NCBI GenBank assembly: GCA_950097015.1
Contig: CATNEN010000034.1
Span: 4,898,001 to 4,962,000, forward strand
Source of the DNA: Macrostomum hystrix
Lineage: Eukaryota > Animalia > Platyhelminthes
DNA length: 64,000 nt
Reading direction: 5' to 3'
Part shown: positions 11,459 to 24,200 of the stretch, piece after piece
Numbering within the stretch: position 1 is the first letter of the stretch
How the letters are laid out: each line of letters starts with the position of its first letter
Notes under the pieces: model-generated
Told to the model about the DNA's origin: nothing
Databases searched by the model: none
Seen by the model: the letters and a program-made list of their open reading frames with translations, nothing else
Made by a program: the position numbers and the translations under genes

Positions 11459-14400
11459 CTGCTGCAGACGAGTTGGCTAGAGCACTTCTTTGAGCACCTG
11501 TTAAGCAGAGGCCTCTGTAGCAATAGAAGGCGTTGAAGGGACACTGAGAACAAGCCTTCCCGCTTTTGTACGGTGGCAGCGATTCTCTGCAAAAGAACAG
11601 AGAATTTAAATCAACACTCAGAATGACTAGAGAATGGTCATGCTGAATGACTAGAGAATGGTCATGCTGAATGACTAGAGAATGGTCATGCTGAATGACT
11701 AGATAATGGTCATGCTGAATGACTAGAGAATGGTCATGCTGAATGACTAGAGAATGGTAAGAGAATGCTGAATGATCGAACGGCAACCAGAGGTTTTGTG
11801 ATTATTTCTGAGATTGTTAAGAGCTCTTTTTACCAATATAATTTTTACGCATCAGCGAATCAATATAAAGCTATATTAGAACAAATTGCTTATGCTCTTC
11901 ACAATAGCTAATAAATTTAAGCAGTCAGGTGTGCTCATACAATTCATTTGTCTTAGGAAATGTCGAGGAGACTGGAAACGGAAAATTAATTATATATCAA
12001 TAAAAACGAAGTTTTTTTCTCTCCCCCCTCTAATATCCTCTTCCCCTCTCATATCCTCTTCCCCTCTCATTCTCTTTCTTCCCCTCTCATATCCTCTTCC
12101 CCTCTCATTCTCTCTATTCCCCTCTCATATCCTCTTCCCCTCTCATTCTCTCTCTTCCCCTCTCATATCCTCTTCCCCTCTCATTCTCTCTCTTCCCCTC
12201 TCATATCCTCTTCCCCTCTCATTCTCTCTCTTCCCCTCTCATATCCTCTTCCCCTCTCATATCCTCTTCCCCTCTCATTCTCTTTCTTCCCCTCTCATAT
12301 CCTCTTCCCCTCTCATTCTCTTTCTTCCCCTCTCATATCCTCTTCCCCTCTCATTCTCTTTCTTCCCCTCTCATATCCTCTTCCCCTCTCATTCTCTCTA
12401 TTCCCCTCTCATATCCTCTTCCCCTCTCATTCTCTCTCTTCCCCTCTCATATCCTCTTCCCCTCTCATTCTCTCTCTTCCCCTCTCATATCCTCTTCCCC
12501 TCTCATTCTCTCTCTTCCCCTCTCATATCCTCTTCCCCTCTCTTATCCTCTTCCCCTCTCATTCTCTTTCTTCCCCTCTCATATCCTCTTCCCCTCTCAT
12601 TCTCTTTCTTCCCCTCTCATATCCTCTTCCCCTCTCATATCCTCTTCTCCTCTCATTCTCTTTCTTCCCTCTCATATCCTCTTCCCCTCTCATATCCTCT
12701 TCCCCTCTCCTCCTCTCTCTTCCCCTCTCATATCCTCTTCCCCTCTCATATCCACTTCCCCTCTCCTTCTCTCTCTTCCCCTCTCATATCCTCTTCCCCT
12801 CTCATATCCACTTCCCCTCTCCTCCTCTCTCTTCCCCTCTCATATCCTCTTCCCCTCTCATATCCTCTTCCCCTCTCATATCCTCTTCCCCTCTCATTCT
12901 CTCTCTTCCCCTCTCATATCCTATTCCCCTCTCATTCTCTCTCTTCCGCTCTCGTATCATCTTCCCCTCTCATATCCTCTTCCCCTCTCATTCTCTTTCT
13001 TCCCCTCTCATATCCTCTTCCCCTCTCATTTTCTCTCTTCCCCTCTCATATCCTCTTCCCCTCTCATTCTCTTTCTTCCCCTCTCATATCCTCTTCGCCT
13101 CTCATTCTCTTTCTTCCCCTCTCATATCCACTTCCCCTCTCCTTCTCTCTCTTCCCCTCTCATATCCTCTTCCCCTCTCATATCCACTTCCCCTCTCCTC
13201 CTCTCTCTTCCCCTCTCATATCCTCTTCCCCTCTCATATCCTCTTCCCCTCTCATATTCTCTTCCCCTCTCATTCTCTCTCTTCCCCTCTCATATCCTAT
13301 TCCCCTCTCATTCTCTCTCTTCCGCTCTCGTATCATCTTCCCCTCTCATATCCACCTCCCCTCTCCTTCTCTCTCTTCCCCTCTCATATCCTCTTCCCCT
13401 CTCATATCCTCTTCCCCTCTCATATCCTCTTCCCCTCTCATTCTCTCTCTTCCCCTCTCATATCCTATTCCCCTCTCATTCTCTCTCTTCCGCTCTCGTA
13501 TCATCTTCCCCTCTCATATCCTCTTCCCCTCTCATTCTCTTTCTTCCCCTCTCATATCCTCTTCCCCTCTCATTTTCTCTCTTCCCCTCTCATATCCTCT
13601 TCCCCTCTCATTCTCTTTCTTCCCCTCTCATATCCTCTTCCCCTCTCATTCTCTTTCTTCCCCTCTCATATCCTCTTCCCCTCTCATTCTCTCTATTCCC
13701 CTCTCATATCCTCTTCCCCTCTCATTCTCTCTCTTCCCCTCTCATATCCTCTTCCCCTCTCATTCTCTCTCTTCCCCTCTCATATCCTCTTCCCCTCTCA
13801 TTCTCTTTCTTCCCCTCTCATATCCTCTTCCCCTCTCATAGCCTCTTCCTCTCTCATTCTCTTTCTTCCCCTCTCATATCCTCTTCCCCTCTCATATCCA
13901 CTTCCCCTCTCCTCCTCTCTCTTCCCCTCTCATATCCTCTTCCCCTCTCATATCCACTTCCCCTCTCCTCCTCTCTCTTCCCCTCTCATATCCTCTTCCC
14001 CTCTCATATCCACTTCCCCTCTCCTCCTCTCTCTTCCCCTCTCATATCCACTTCCCCTCTCCTCCTCTCTCTTCCCCTCTCATATCCTCTTCCCCTCTCA
14101 TATCCACTTCCCCTCTCCTCCTCTCTCTTCCCCTCTCATATCCTCTTCCCCTCTCATATCCACTTCCCCTCTCATTCTTTCTCTTCCCCTCTCATATCCT
14201 GTTCCCCTCTCATATCCACTTCCCCTCTCCTTCTCTCTCTTCCCCTCTCATATCCTCTTCCCCTCTCATATCCTCTTCCCCTCTCATTCTCTCTCTTCCC
14301 CTCTCATATCCTCTTCCCCTCTCATTCTCTTTCTTCCCCTCTCATATCCACTTCCCCTCTCATATCCACTTCCCCTCTCATATCCACTTCCCCTCTCCTC

Positions 14401-16015
14401 CTCTCTCTTCCCCTCTCATATCCTCTTCCCCTCTCATATCCACTTCCCCTTTCCTCCTCTCTTTTCCCCTCTCATATCCTCTTCCCCTCTCATATCCTCT
14501 TCCCCTCTCCTTCTCTCTCTTCCCCTCTAATTTCCTCTTCCCCTCTCTTTCTCTCTCATCCCCTCTCAAATCCTCCTTCTCTCAAAACGTCAAGGTCCTG
14601 TATGAAAATAAATCCATTCGAATAGCGAAGCGAACAATGCCCTCACCCCTTATTGTACTCGCAGACAATCAGATTAGATCCTGAACAGCTTCTCTGGCCG
14701 CACCCAACACTGGAGACTGTGGCCTGGACCACCTGCGAGTCGAATATGGAGAACACTTTTCGGGATTAATGTTATGAAGAAAAATGGGAAGACATGTTAC
14801 GAAATCGAATAAACCTAAATTATGACACTATCTAACAGGTTAGGATTCTGTCTAACAGGTTAGGGATACTGTCTAACAGGTTAGGAATACTGTCTAACAA
14901 GTTAGGAATACTGTCTAACAGGTTAGGATTCTGTCTAACAGGTTAGGATTCTATCTAACAGGTTAGGATTCTGTCTAACAGGTTAGGATTCTGTCTAACA
15001 GGTTAGGGATACTGTGTAACAGGTTAGGGATACTGTCTAACAGGTTTGTTATTTTGACTAACAGTCAGATAATCCTCTAGTAAACATCCGTCTAATAGGT
15101 GAGAGGCCAACTAGAAGTTAAAAACATTTTCAATTCACAGCAATCAAATTTTAAAACCTCCTTGCTCACCTGGCTCCAGTGACCGCAGGTGCTATAAAGC
15201 GGATAACGGACCGGGCTGCACGATCCGGTGATGAAATTGTAATTTTCTCCTTCGGTGTACCAAAGCATCACGGCGGATTTGATGTCCGACCCGCCCATGT
15301 AGAGATTCTCGCCAAGGCCAGCATAGTCGCCTCCGTAATTGTGCTCAAAAATGCACTTGTCGGCTGCGGCCTGAGCCAGGCTGGCTAGCCGACTGGACCA
15401 GGTCTGTGGGATTGAGCACGCCATTGAGAAACTACCTGAGGCTGTCCTCCAACCACCTGAGGGTGTCTACCTACTACCTAAGGGTATCTACCAACCACCT
15501 AAGGGTATCTACCAACCACCTAAGGGTATCTACCAACCACCTAAGGGTATCTACCAACCACCTAAGGGTATCTACCAACCACCTAAGGGTATCTACCAAC
15601 CACCTAAGGGTATCTATCAACCACCTGAGGGTAATTACCAACCACCTAAGGGTATCTACCAAAACCTGAGTTATGTATCAACTATCTGAGGGTATGTACC
15701 AACTACCTGACGGTATACTGTGTAACAGTAACAGTACTGTTCAACCTATTCCAGGAAATCTGTATACTAGTTATCCTACATTAAAGCCACATTAAATCTT
15801 ATGGGCTAAAAAAAAACAGCCCTCTAACGCCAGCGCACCAGCATCTGCATGTTGGCAGCGCTTGGCACCACCGATGCGCGCAATTCATTGTGAAAGTCCA
15901 GCGCCAGTTGCTGCTGCTCCGCTGTTAGCTGACCAGATGTGACCAGTAGGCGGCTGACAATGAGCACAATCAGCAGGCCGGCTTCCGCGATCCAAGAACG
16001 AGAGTCAGTCAGCAT
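11459..16015 (-). CDS. Secreted CAP/SCP (GLIPR1/PI16-like) protein; exons 16015-15839, 15403-15170, 14732-14647, 11586-11459; last exon unresolved
   Basis: Hydrophobic N-terminus, then HNELR, WSSRLA, CIFEHN, GENLY, WYTE, GHWSQVV, VGCG, VCEY and a PYKSGKACSQCP Cys-rich tail. Splice phases 0,0,2,1 are consistent. Confidence 0.9.
11622..11775. repeat. 24-bp minisatellite (GAATGACTAGAGAATGGTCATGCT)n
   Basis: About 6 tandem copies in a CAP-gene intron. Confidence 0.95.
12018..14570. repeat. 2.5 kb pyrimidine-rich composite minisatellite (TTCCCCTCTCATATCCTC and TTCCCCTCTCATTCTCTCTC units)
   Basis: Alternating 18-20-bp units. Accounts for the spurious 651-aa ORF. Confidence 0.97.
14833..15045. repeat. 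20-21-bp minisatellite (AACAGGTTAGGATTCTGTCT)n
   Basis: Tandem periodicity, intronic. Confidence 0.95.
15435..15665. repeat. 21-bp minisatellite (CCAACCACCTAAGGGTATCTA)n
   Basis: Tandem periodicity, intronic. Confidence 0.95.
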
Positions 16016-16064
16016 GATAAAATATGCTTCTGAAAACTGGATCTGGTTGAAATCTTTAGTTATT

Positions 16065-17090
16065 GTAGTGTCACTTCCAGCAACTATCCAGGTGCTGTTG
16101 AATTAGTGTCACTTCCAGCGATTATCCAGGTGCTGTTGTATTAGTGTCACTTCCAGCAACTATCCAGGTGCTGTTGAATTAGTGTCACTTCCAGCGATTA
16201 TCCAGGTGCTGTTGAATTAGTGTCAATTCCAGCAATTATCCAGGTGCTGTTGAATTAGTGTCACTTCCAGCAATTATCCAGGTGCTGTTGAATTAGTGTC
16301 ACTTCCAGCGATTATCCAGGTGCTGTTGTATTAGTGTCACTTCCAGCAACTATCCAGGTGCTGTTGAATTAGTGTCAATTCCAGCAACTATCCAGGTGCT
16401 GTTGAATTAGTGTCAATTCCAGCAATTATCCAGGTGCTGTTGAATTAGTGTCAATTCCAGCAACTATCCAGGTGCTGTTAAATTAGTGTCACTTCCAGCG
16501 ATTATCCAGGTGCTGTTGTATTAGTGTCACTTCCAGCAACTATCCAGGTGCTGTTGAATTAGTGTCAATTCCAGCAACTATCCAGGTGCTGTTAAATTAG
16601 TGTCACTTCCAGCGATTATCCAGGTGCTGTTGTATTAGTGTCACTTCCAGCAACTATCCAGGTGCTGTTGAATTAGTGTCAATTCCAGCAACTATCCAGG
16701 TGCTGTTAAATTAGTGTCACTTCCAGCGATTATCCAGGTGCTGTTGTATTAGTGTCACTTCCAGCAACTATCCAGGTGCTGTTGAATTAGTGTCAATTCC
16801 AGCAACTATCCAGGTGCTGTTAAATTAGTGTCACTTCCAGCCAGTATCCAGATGCTGTTGAATTAGTGTCACTTCCAGCCAGTATCCAGATGCTGTTGAA
16901 TTAGTGTCACTTCCAGCAACTATCCAGGTGCTGTTGAATTAGTGTCACTTCCAGCGATTATCCAGGTGCTGTTGTATTAGTGTCACTTCCAGCAACTATC
17001 CAGGTGCTGTTGAATTAGTGTCACTTCCAGCGATTATCCAGGTGCTGTTGAATTAGTGTCACTTCCAGCCAGTATCCAGGTGCTGTTGTA
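16065..17090. repeat. 38-bp minisatellite (GTGTCACTTCCAGCAACTATCCAGGTGCTGTTGAATTA)n
   Basis: Head-to-tail copies with no spacers. A 3-unit higher-order block repeats in the middle. Confidence 0.97.
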
Positions 17091-18236
17091 TTGGGGTTTG
17101 TATGAACAATTTTTTAATTCTGTTATCTGGAGGTCAGTTGAAATTATTTGAATAGTTTGTCTAGCAGAAGAAACAGTCGCATTAGAAATATGCGCTTGAT
17201 CAATTAATATCAGCAGAAACTTGGCCACCAGGGCACAAACCAGCAGCATTTATAGTGTGTCAAAGTTAGTAGAATTTGGCAGGGAAAAAACTTTTTTTTG
17301 CCATGCAGCAACAGAAAGAGAAGATTTCTTCCACCTGGCTGCCAGTTTGTCCCAGCCTTAGGTGCACCATTATTGTGCGGAGTGTGCGGCACAGTGGGGT
17401 GGGGAAGGGAGCTACTGCTGGGATAGCAATTTGAGTGAGTATACTCAGCAGAGCACTCGTACCGGTGCAGCTCTCATGGTTCTGTGTCTGTGTGGACACA
17501 TCTTCAATTGCCTACCTCGGCTGTCAGTTTTTTTTGAGTTGGCATTTTTGGACCACCTTAGTGAGTTTGGTTAATTGGCCATCAGACCTACTGTTTATTT
17601 AATGGTCAGACCAGTGCAGATGAAGTGCACAATCACAGACTCTGCAAATCTGTCTGCTGAAAACATTATTGTCTGCTCAGCAGCCAGCATTTGAGGACCA
17701 TCATGCAGTGTGAAGCGGTGGTCTCAAGTGCAGTTTTCAATGTGAACTATTGTTGCTATAGGAATTGCTTTGTGTGACACTTCTATAGCATGCAGACTGA
17801 AAAGGCCAGCCCGCTACAATGGCGTGACAAAAAATAGCTCCAGATGAAAGTTCAAAAGCGACTAAAAGTTCTTTTCTATTAATTGTCATCGTTGGAATAC
17901 AAAAAAGAATAAGCAGATTATTTATAAACGTTACTTCTGTGTGACAAACAGCAAGGAATCTGTGTTTCTGAAATTCTATTTTCGATTGTTAATGTAAGAT
18001 TAAATCCGTTTAAGTCGAATTTTACCATAGACGAGAAGTCAAAGATGTAATTTATCATTTTACGGGATTTAAATGTCATCCCGATAATTTCAGCTCAACG
18101 ACTTTAGGGAAAGAAAAAATTGAAAGCATTAGAAACGTTAAAAACAATGGAAATATACACAATGCAGTCCTATACATTCACACTGATCCGAACTACAAAA
18201 TGTTAACAAGTCAAACAGCGGCCCGCGACCACCGAT

Positions 18237-18850
18237 CTAGTTATTAATTACTACCTTGCAGTCATTGAAGATGAAGTTGCACTTGTAGGGAGCATAAGCA
18301 GCCTCAGCCAGTTTTTTAGCGTCCAGAACAGCCGAGCAATGTTGAATTTGGACATCGGACGTCCTCCTGCGTAGGAGCGCTGTTGCCCAGCACAGTTTCC
18401 CAAAGTTTTTCTTCTTCAGTCTGACTTATCACGCTTGCGCTTCTCTTGAACAAGCCAATGCCATCTCTAGTGGAAATCTTCATAGCAGCGTCCAGACTCT
18501 GAGTCAACAGTGGAAACTGCACTCCATGGAAGAAATCTACAGGTCGATGAATGCAAACCACCTGTCGTATACCAGCAATGATCGAGTCCAGAGTTGTGGG
18601 TGGATAATTTTTTCCGTCGGCGCGCCTTACCTCGTGTACAAAAGCAGACAGTTGCTTATTAAGCTCTTCGTCGGCCAGATCATGTACGGCGATGCAATTC
18701 ATTCCGCGCGCCTGTCTCCAATTGTTAAATAACTTTTCGGCCCATTTGTTCCTGCTCGTGGTAGAACTTGGTAGACTTGGTAGAATCGTTCAAGGCTTTC
18801 ACAGCTGCTATGTCTACTGGAGCTTGGCGAACGTCGTCATCAGATGACGA
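18237..18850 (-). mobile_element. Crypton-type tyrosine-recombinase (DUF3504-like) remnant with internal deletion
   Basis: NKWAEKLFNNW...EELNKQLSAFVHEVRRADGKNYPPTTL...F...LDAAMK...GIG..KRSASVISQTEEEKLWETVLG matches the Crypton/KCTD1/ZMYM-type N-terminal region. It then jumps, in a shifted frame, to a C-terminal tail RTSDVQIQHCSAVL...KCNFIFNDCKVVINN*. Confidence 0.8.
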
Positions 18851-18877
18851 TCGATGCACGTTGACTTCGTTTCCCAG

Positions 18878-19256
18878 TTGTTACTAACCTGACGGAAGCC
18901 GGGCACAGTTTGCAGGAGATCAAATCTGTGACAGGTGCGAGCGTACGTACGTAGTATTTTGGTGTGTTTAATTGGCAGATTATTAAATATATTTTTTATG
19001 CGGCGACCATTTCACAGGGCATCGAAGTGACGCGGCTGTTGTTCGCTATGTCAGCAGAATTTCTGAGAAGCGGAAGCAACAAATTTCCGAATCGCTTAGC
19101 GTCGGACTGAATGCGGATTCTCTGTCGGATGGTGCCTCCTCATCAAAGCGAGCCACAATCGTTGTGCCGTCGACTGTAGCTACGCCATCGGTTAATGCAG
19201 ACAAGACTACCGCGGTTCTTGAAAAGGATGGAGTGCGACTCAGCTTCTTCTTTTAA
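18878..19256 (+). mobile_element. Second Crypton fragment: C-terminal catalytic exons with an 83-nt intron
   Basis: Exons 18878-18934 and 19018-19256 join in phase to give VTNLTEAGHSLQEIKSVT|GHRSDAAVVRYVSRISEKRKQQISESL...GVRLSFFF*. This is the tyrosine-recombinase TGHRS...Y motif. Both junctions are GT-AG. Confidence 0.8.
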
Positions 19257-21273
19257 CATTGGATGGCTTACTTGATGACGTATTACTCGTTAATTATTGA
19301 ACTATGAATAACAACTAATGTTTCAACATGTACTTTTGTGTTGTTGATTAATATACTGTTAATTTATTTCCGTTACAATATTCTACTCTTATTGAAGAAT
19401 GCCATAGACTAAATTCGCGGGCAAACACTGACGATTCTAATGGCCGTGCGGCCCGCGAAATCATGGGACAACTCGCATTATTCGAAGTTTGATAAAGCCC
19501 CATACCCCCCCAAAGCGGCTAACCGCCTGAGGCATGACAGTGGCCATAGACAAATGCCGCATCTTCCGGGATTTATTAGGTTAAATCCAGGAAAATGATG
19601 GAATTTAAGTGAGATGATGCAAGGCTTTTTACGGGTTGTATTAGTTTAAATCCTATATATACCGGCTATTGAGGGTTTGTTACAATGTTTGTTGTACTTT
19701 TCACTTGGGTTTTTGACAAGAATCGCTGAACGGCTTTGAAAATTTTGATCCATATGGTGGATTTTCACGAAAATCGGTCAATCGGTTTGGGAGCTATCGT
19801 GAAGAGCATACTGCAACTGCAGTACGCTACTGAATTATTACTGAAAGTAGTAAGCGACAGAATCCTTAATTATGATAAATTTTAGTGCAAACCGATGCAG
19901 ATGATATACAATCATGATATGCAGCTGTGTTAGTTCCCGGTTTGACAATTGCCTGCGAGCAAAGGTGCAGCCAGATATGCAAACTGGCGAGGTTTGTTGG
20001 GATTCTGAAAGCTGTCAGAATTCACTCTCCGGAGAACAACGCCCCAGATACCAAATAGTAGCTCCATCCTTCCCCCTTGCCTGTACCAGCCCAACCTCCC
20101 CCCATTCCATCTAGCCAAATTCTTCATTCTCTTTTTTTCAGCCCACAGTGCCTACTCATCCCCCAATTCCCTTTCCAACCAAACCCACACACGACCAACA
20201 CATTTGGTATTGATCCGAGGTTAGGCTTGCCAGCCCCCGCTGCGTGCGGGTTATAGATTCTGTGAACTTGTCAGATTTTGAGCACAAGCCTACAATGCAT
20301 TGAAGCGATATCGAGTTCAGAAACTCCCAGTAATCTGGATGCCCATTTTATAAGGTATAGAAACACTCTCTATTTTGTTCCTCGATCTGAAAACTTTCTA
20401 ATCTAGGCCGATAAGCCGAAGCGGTTTCTTAGAAAGTTCTCTCTGCTTCTCTAGGCCTTGGTAACCATGGAGGGGGTGGCGCTGCTCAGGCCTTCAAAAT
20501 TGCATCTCTGGAAGAAAAAAAGTTCAGTTTACTGCAACCAGTTTTCTAGAGAACCTCTGCAGCAGAAGATGCCAGGAAACAATTGTGAGCACACTTCAAG
20601 AAAAGGAAATAAATAGCCCCACGGGACTAAAGTCACTCAGTTGGTCCCATGCCTGCCTCCTTGTCAAAATCCTTCCTACCGTGTCGTTACGGGAGAACTG
20701 AACTGCACACTTGAAAGCCACCTTGGCTAATCCATTGTCTCTCATCTATTCCTTCCTTCTCCATTTTCTTCTTCCGTCACCATGAGAGGAGGTTGGGGCG
20801 GTGCTTTGCCCGCAGTTCTTCTCAGTTTGAATCTTCTTCTCTCGCCGAGAAAGGGTGAGCAGAACGAAGGGGAATTTAGCAATTGTGAGGGAGTAGGGGA
20901 GGAAAGGGGATCTGACTGTTCCGGGAGCTCGCTATAGGCAGCATTCGCTGCAAAATTTGCCAGCCAATGCGACAGCAAAACTAAATTTCGGGGCGCGCGC
21001 GCACACAGCGTGTGGTGGGAGAAGGAGCCGCGAGAGAGAAGAGTTGACTTAGAGAGGAAGAAGAGAGAAGGGAAGAGCAAACTCGGGAGTGAGGTGGGCG
21101 ACTCAGTCACTGCTATTAAACCTCCCCGCTAGCAATTCAGGCAGCTCAGCAGAAGCAGTTAAAGCGCCTGTCGTCACAACAGCTTCTCGTTTGCTTTCTA
21201 ACCCCCTTCTAGTGCGCACCAGCTAGCATCAGATTTCCCAAGGGGGGCAGCAGCAGCAGCGGCGGCAGCAGTC

Positions 21274-24200
21274 ATGATGAGCACAGTGTTTCCCTACACC
21301 ATGGCATGCCAGGTGCGCCAGCTGGCACTGCTGGAGGCGGGCTGCCAGCCGTGGAGCTCCGACACCCTGGCCTGCTCGCCGGACGCGAGCCGATTCGCAT
21401 TCGCTGCCACCCTGGCGGTCTACGTCTACGAGCAGGCCAGGCCGGGCGGGCCCTACCAGCTCGTTAGCGTGATGGCGCAGCACAAGAAGACCGTCACTTC
21501 ATTGTCTTGGCACCCGGCTGACGATGACCTGTTCGTGTCGGCCAGCCTGGACCCGCTGCTGTTGGTGTGGAACGTTCGCAAGCAGGCGCCGCTGGTCCGT
21601 CTGGCTCTGCCGGAGCCGATGCAGCCGCGCTGCGCCGGCTTCCTGCCGCACAGCCACGGCACCGTCGGCTTCCTGGACGGCGCCGGGCCGTTAATGCTGT
21701 GGAACTACAGCGGCTCAGCCGGAGCGGCTTCCCAGCTTCCGGCGGTGCACAAGGAGACGCAGGCTTTGGCCAGCCAGGTCACCACCTACAGGTGGCATCC
21801 TGCCGGGGTTGCCACGGCCAGCGAGTCCGCGGGTCGAATTGTGCTCGGCCACGAGGACGGCACGCTGAGCGTTGTTCGGCCGGGCAAGAAGACCCTGCGT
21901 CGGGTCAACTTCCTAGAAGCCGATGACGATCTAGCCGAAGACGACGAAGACACCGAGGACACGATCCTGGGCCTCGAGTGGGACGCCTTGTCGCCGAACT
22001 TTCTCTTAGTCGACTCGCGCTGCAACGGCCTTCGCCTAGTTGACGTCGACGCGCAGATAACCAGTGTGGTGTTCCAGCTGCCTTCGGCCGCTTCGCCAGC
22101 GCACAGCCTGGCCTGGCTGCCCAGCGCTCCCGGCCTCTTCGTGGCCGGCGACTCGGCCACGGGAGTCCTGCGGCTCTACAGCGTCTCCCGAGGCGCCCCA
22201 ATCGACAGCATTCGCGTGAAGAAGTCCGGCTTTCGCAACCTGCGCGTGCTGACTTCAACGCGTTCAATGCCACCGTTGGAGCCGTCTGCAATCGTTGACG
22301 GGGTCGATACTTCGTGTACAGCGACAGCGTCGGCGTCGGCCTCTGCTGTTTGCGCGTCGAGCGCTGTAAATATCGGCGGCTACAGCCTGCCAGACTGCCT
22401 ACTGCTCTGCGCTTTCCTGGACGGCGGAGTTGGACTGTACGACGTTCAACGACGCGACTGGCACTTTCTGCGCGAGATGGGGCACGTCGAGACCGTCTTC
22501 GACTGCGAGTTCAGCCCGCGCGACGAGAACCTGCTAGCAACTGGCAGCTTCGATGGCACAGTGAAGCTCTGGCGCATCAGCGGCGCTGGGTTCACGCCGG
22601 TGCAGAGCTCGCCAGACAATGAGGGCATTGTGTACAGCATCGCCTGGAGTCCCGACGGCAGCCGCATCGCCGGCGGCACCGCCAAAAACGGCATCTTCGT
22701 CTTGGACCTCGCCACTGGCTGCATCGACAGTCGCTTCACAGAACACGGCCAGCAGGCTGTGTACTGCGTCAGCTGGAGCGCCAAGGCGCCGCACCACCTG
22801 GCCTCCGCCTCGGCCGACTGCACCTGCGTTGTTCGCGACGACTCCGGCCGGCTAGCCCGCAGGCTGAGTCATCCGGCGGCCGTCTACGGCGTCGCCTGGC
22901 ATCAGCACTCGCGCGACATTCTGGCCACCGCCTGCGAGGACAAAGCGGTTCGCGTTTTCTACCTGGCCAGCGCGGGCGGCGATCGGCCCAATCGGGTCTT
23001 CACCGGCCACACCAGCAAGGTGTTCGGCGTGCGCTGGTCACCACTCCGAGACAGCTACCTGTGCAGCGGCTCCGATGACGGCACCATCCGGGTCTGGGAC
23101 TGCACGGCTGAGAAGAGCATCGCCCACCTCAAGGGCCACACCGGACCCGTGCGCGGTCTGGTGTGGCACCCGGAGCTGGCCTACCTGCTGGTGTCCGGCA
23201 GCTGGGACTGCCACATTCACTGCTGGGACATCCGAGACGGCTCTTGCCTGGCGGCCGTCACGGATCATCGAGCCGACGTCTATGGACTGGCCCTGCATCC
23301 GCGACGTCCGATGCTGCTGGCCTCCTGCTCGCGCGACTCCACCCTGCGCCTGTGGTCCCTGGCCGAGCTGGCCGGACCCCTGACCGCCTGCCTACTGTTC
23401 CGCGGCCTCGCCGACGCCTGCTTCCTGCCAGCCGAGACGGCGCTGAAACAGCAGCCGGGCCAGCCGGCCCTGTCGGGCAGCCAGTCGCGACGCTTCCTGC
23501 GCGAATCCGGCAGCGGCGCCGACCAGCTGGCGTTGCTGCTTCACGCCAGTCCTGCGGCCGGCAACCTGCACGATCTTCAGCGCGCTCTGTCCGGCACACC
23601 GACAGCCGCCCTGGGCGACTCCTACGGTCGACCGGGCGGCTACGTGGCCGCCAAGGATCTGCTGAAATTTCAGGCAGCCAGGGCGCAGCAGCTCGAGCTG
23701 GCTGCCACCAACGCATTGTCGACAACGACTTCTGCTTCGTTGGCCTCGGCGGGTCGGCCGACGTCGAGGCACCGGCAGTTGCGAGACGCCGCCTCGGCGT
23801 ATCTCCGCTGCGGCAACCTGCGGCGGTACTGCGAGCTGCAGGCGCAGCTGGGCCGCTGGGAGCGGGCGCTGGCTCTGGCGCCTGGTGTGTCGCAGGCGTT
23901 CTGGCGCGAGTTGTGCCACCGGTACACCGCATGCCAGCGAAATCTCGAATTGGACGACCTGGTGGCATTCTCCGTGGCCACAGGGGCCGCCGACTCGGCC
24001 GCTCAGCTGCTCAGCCGGCGCGGGAAGTTCTCAGACGCCCTGCTGGTAGCTCAGGCCGCTCACGAAGGCCTCTTCGCCAGCCCGGAGGAGTTCGATGAGA
24101 CTCGCGAGCATCGCCGACCTGCTTCCGCAGTCAGCACCGGCGGCGCGCATCCGCCCGAGAGGCTTCGAGTGGCCTGGGGCAGCCTGGCTGACAGCCTGTT

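Noticed and set aside
11886-13841. 651-aa ORF
   Set aside because: Translation of the CT-rich minisatellite inside a CAP-gene intron.
16065-17090. CRISPR-like 38-bp array (also the 33-, 29-, 30- and 45-bp arrays)
   Set aside because: Units are head-to-tail with no unique spacers, there are no cas genes, and the context is eukaryotic.
20455-20575. RFX X-box-like palindromes upstream of WDR17 (GGTAACCATGG, GTTTTCTAGAGAAC)
   Set aside because: Both deviate from the consensus at key positions; not supportable without a PWM score.
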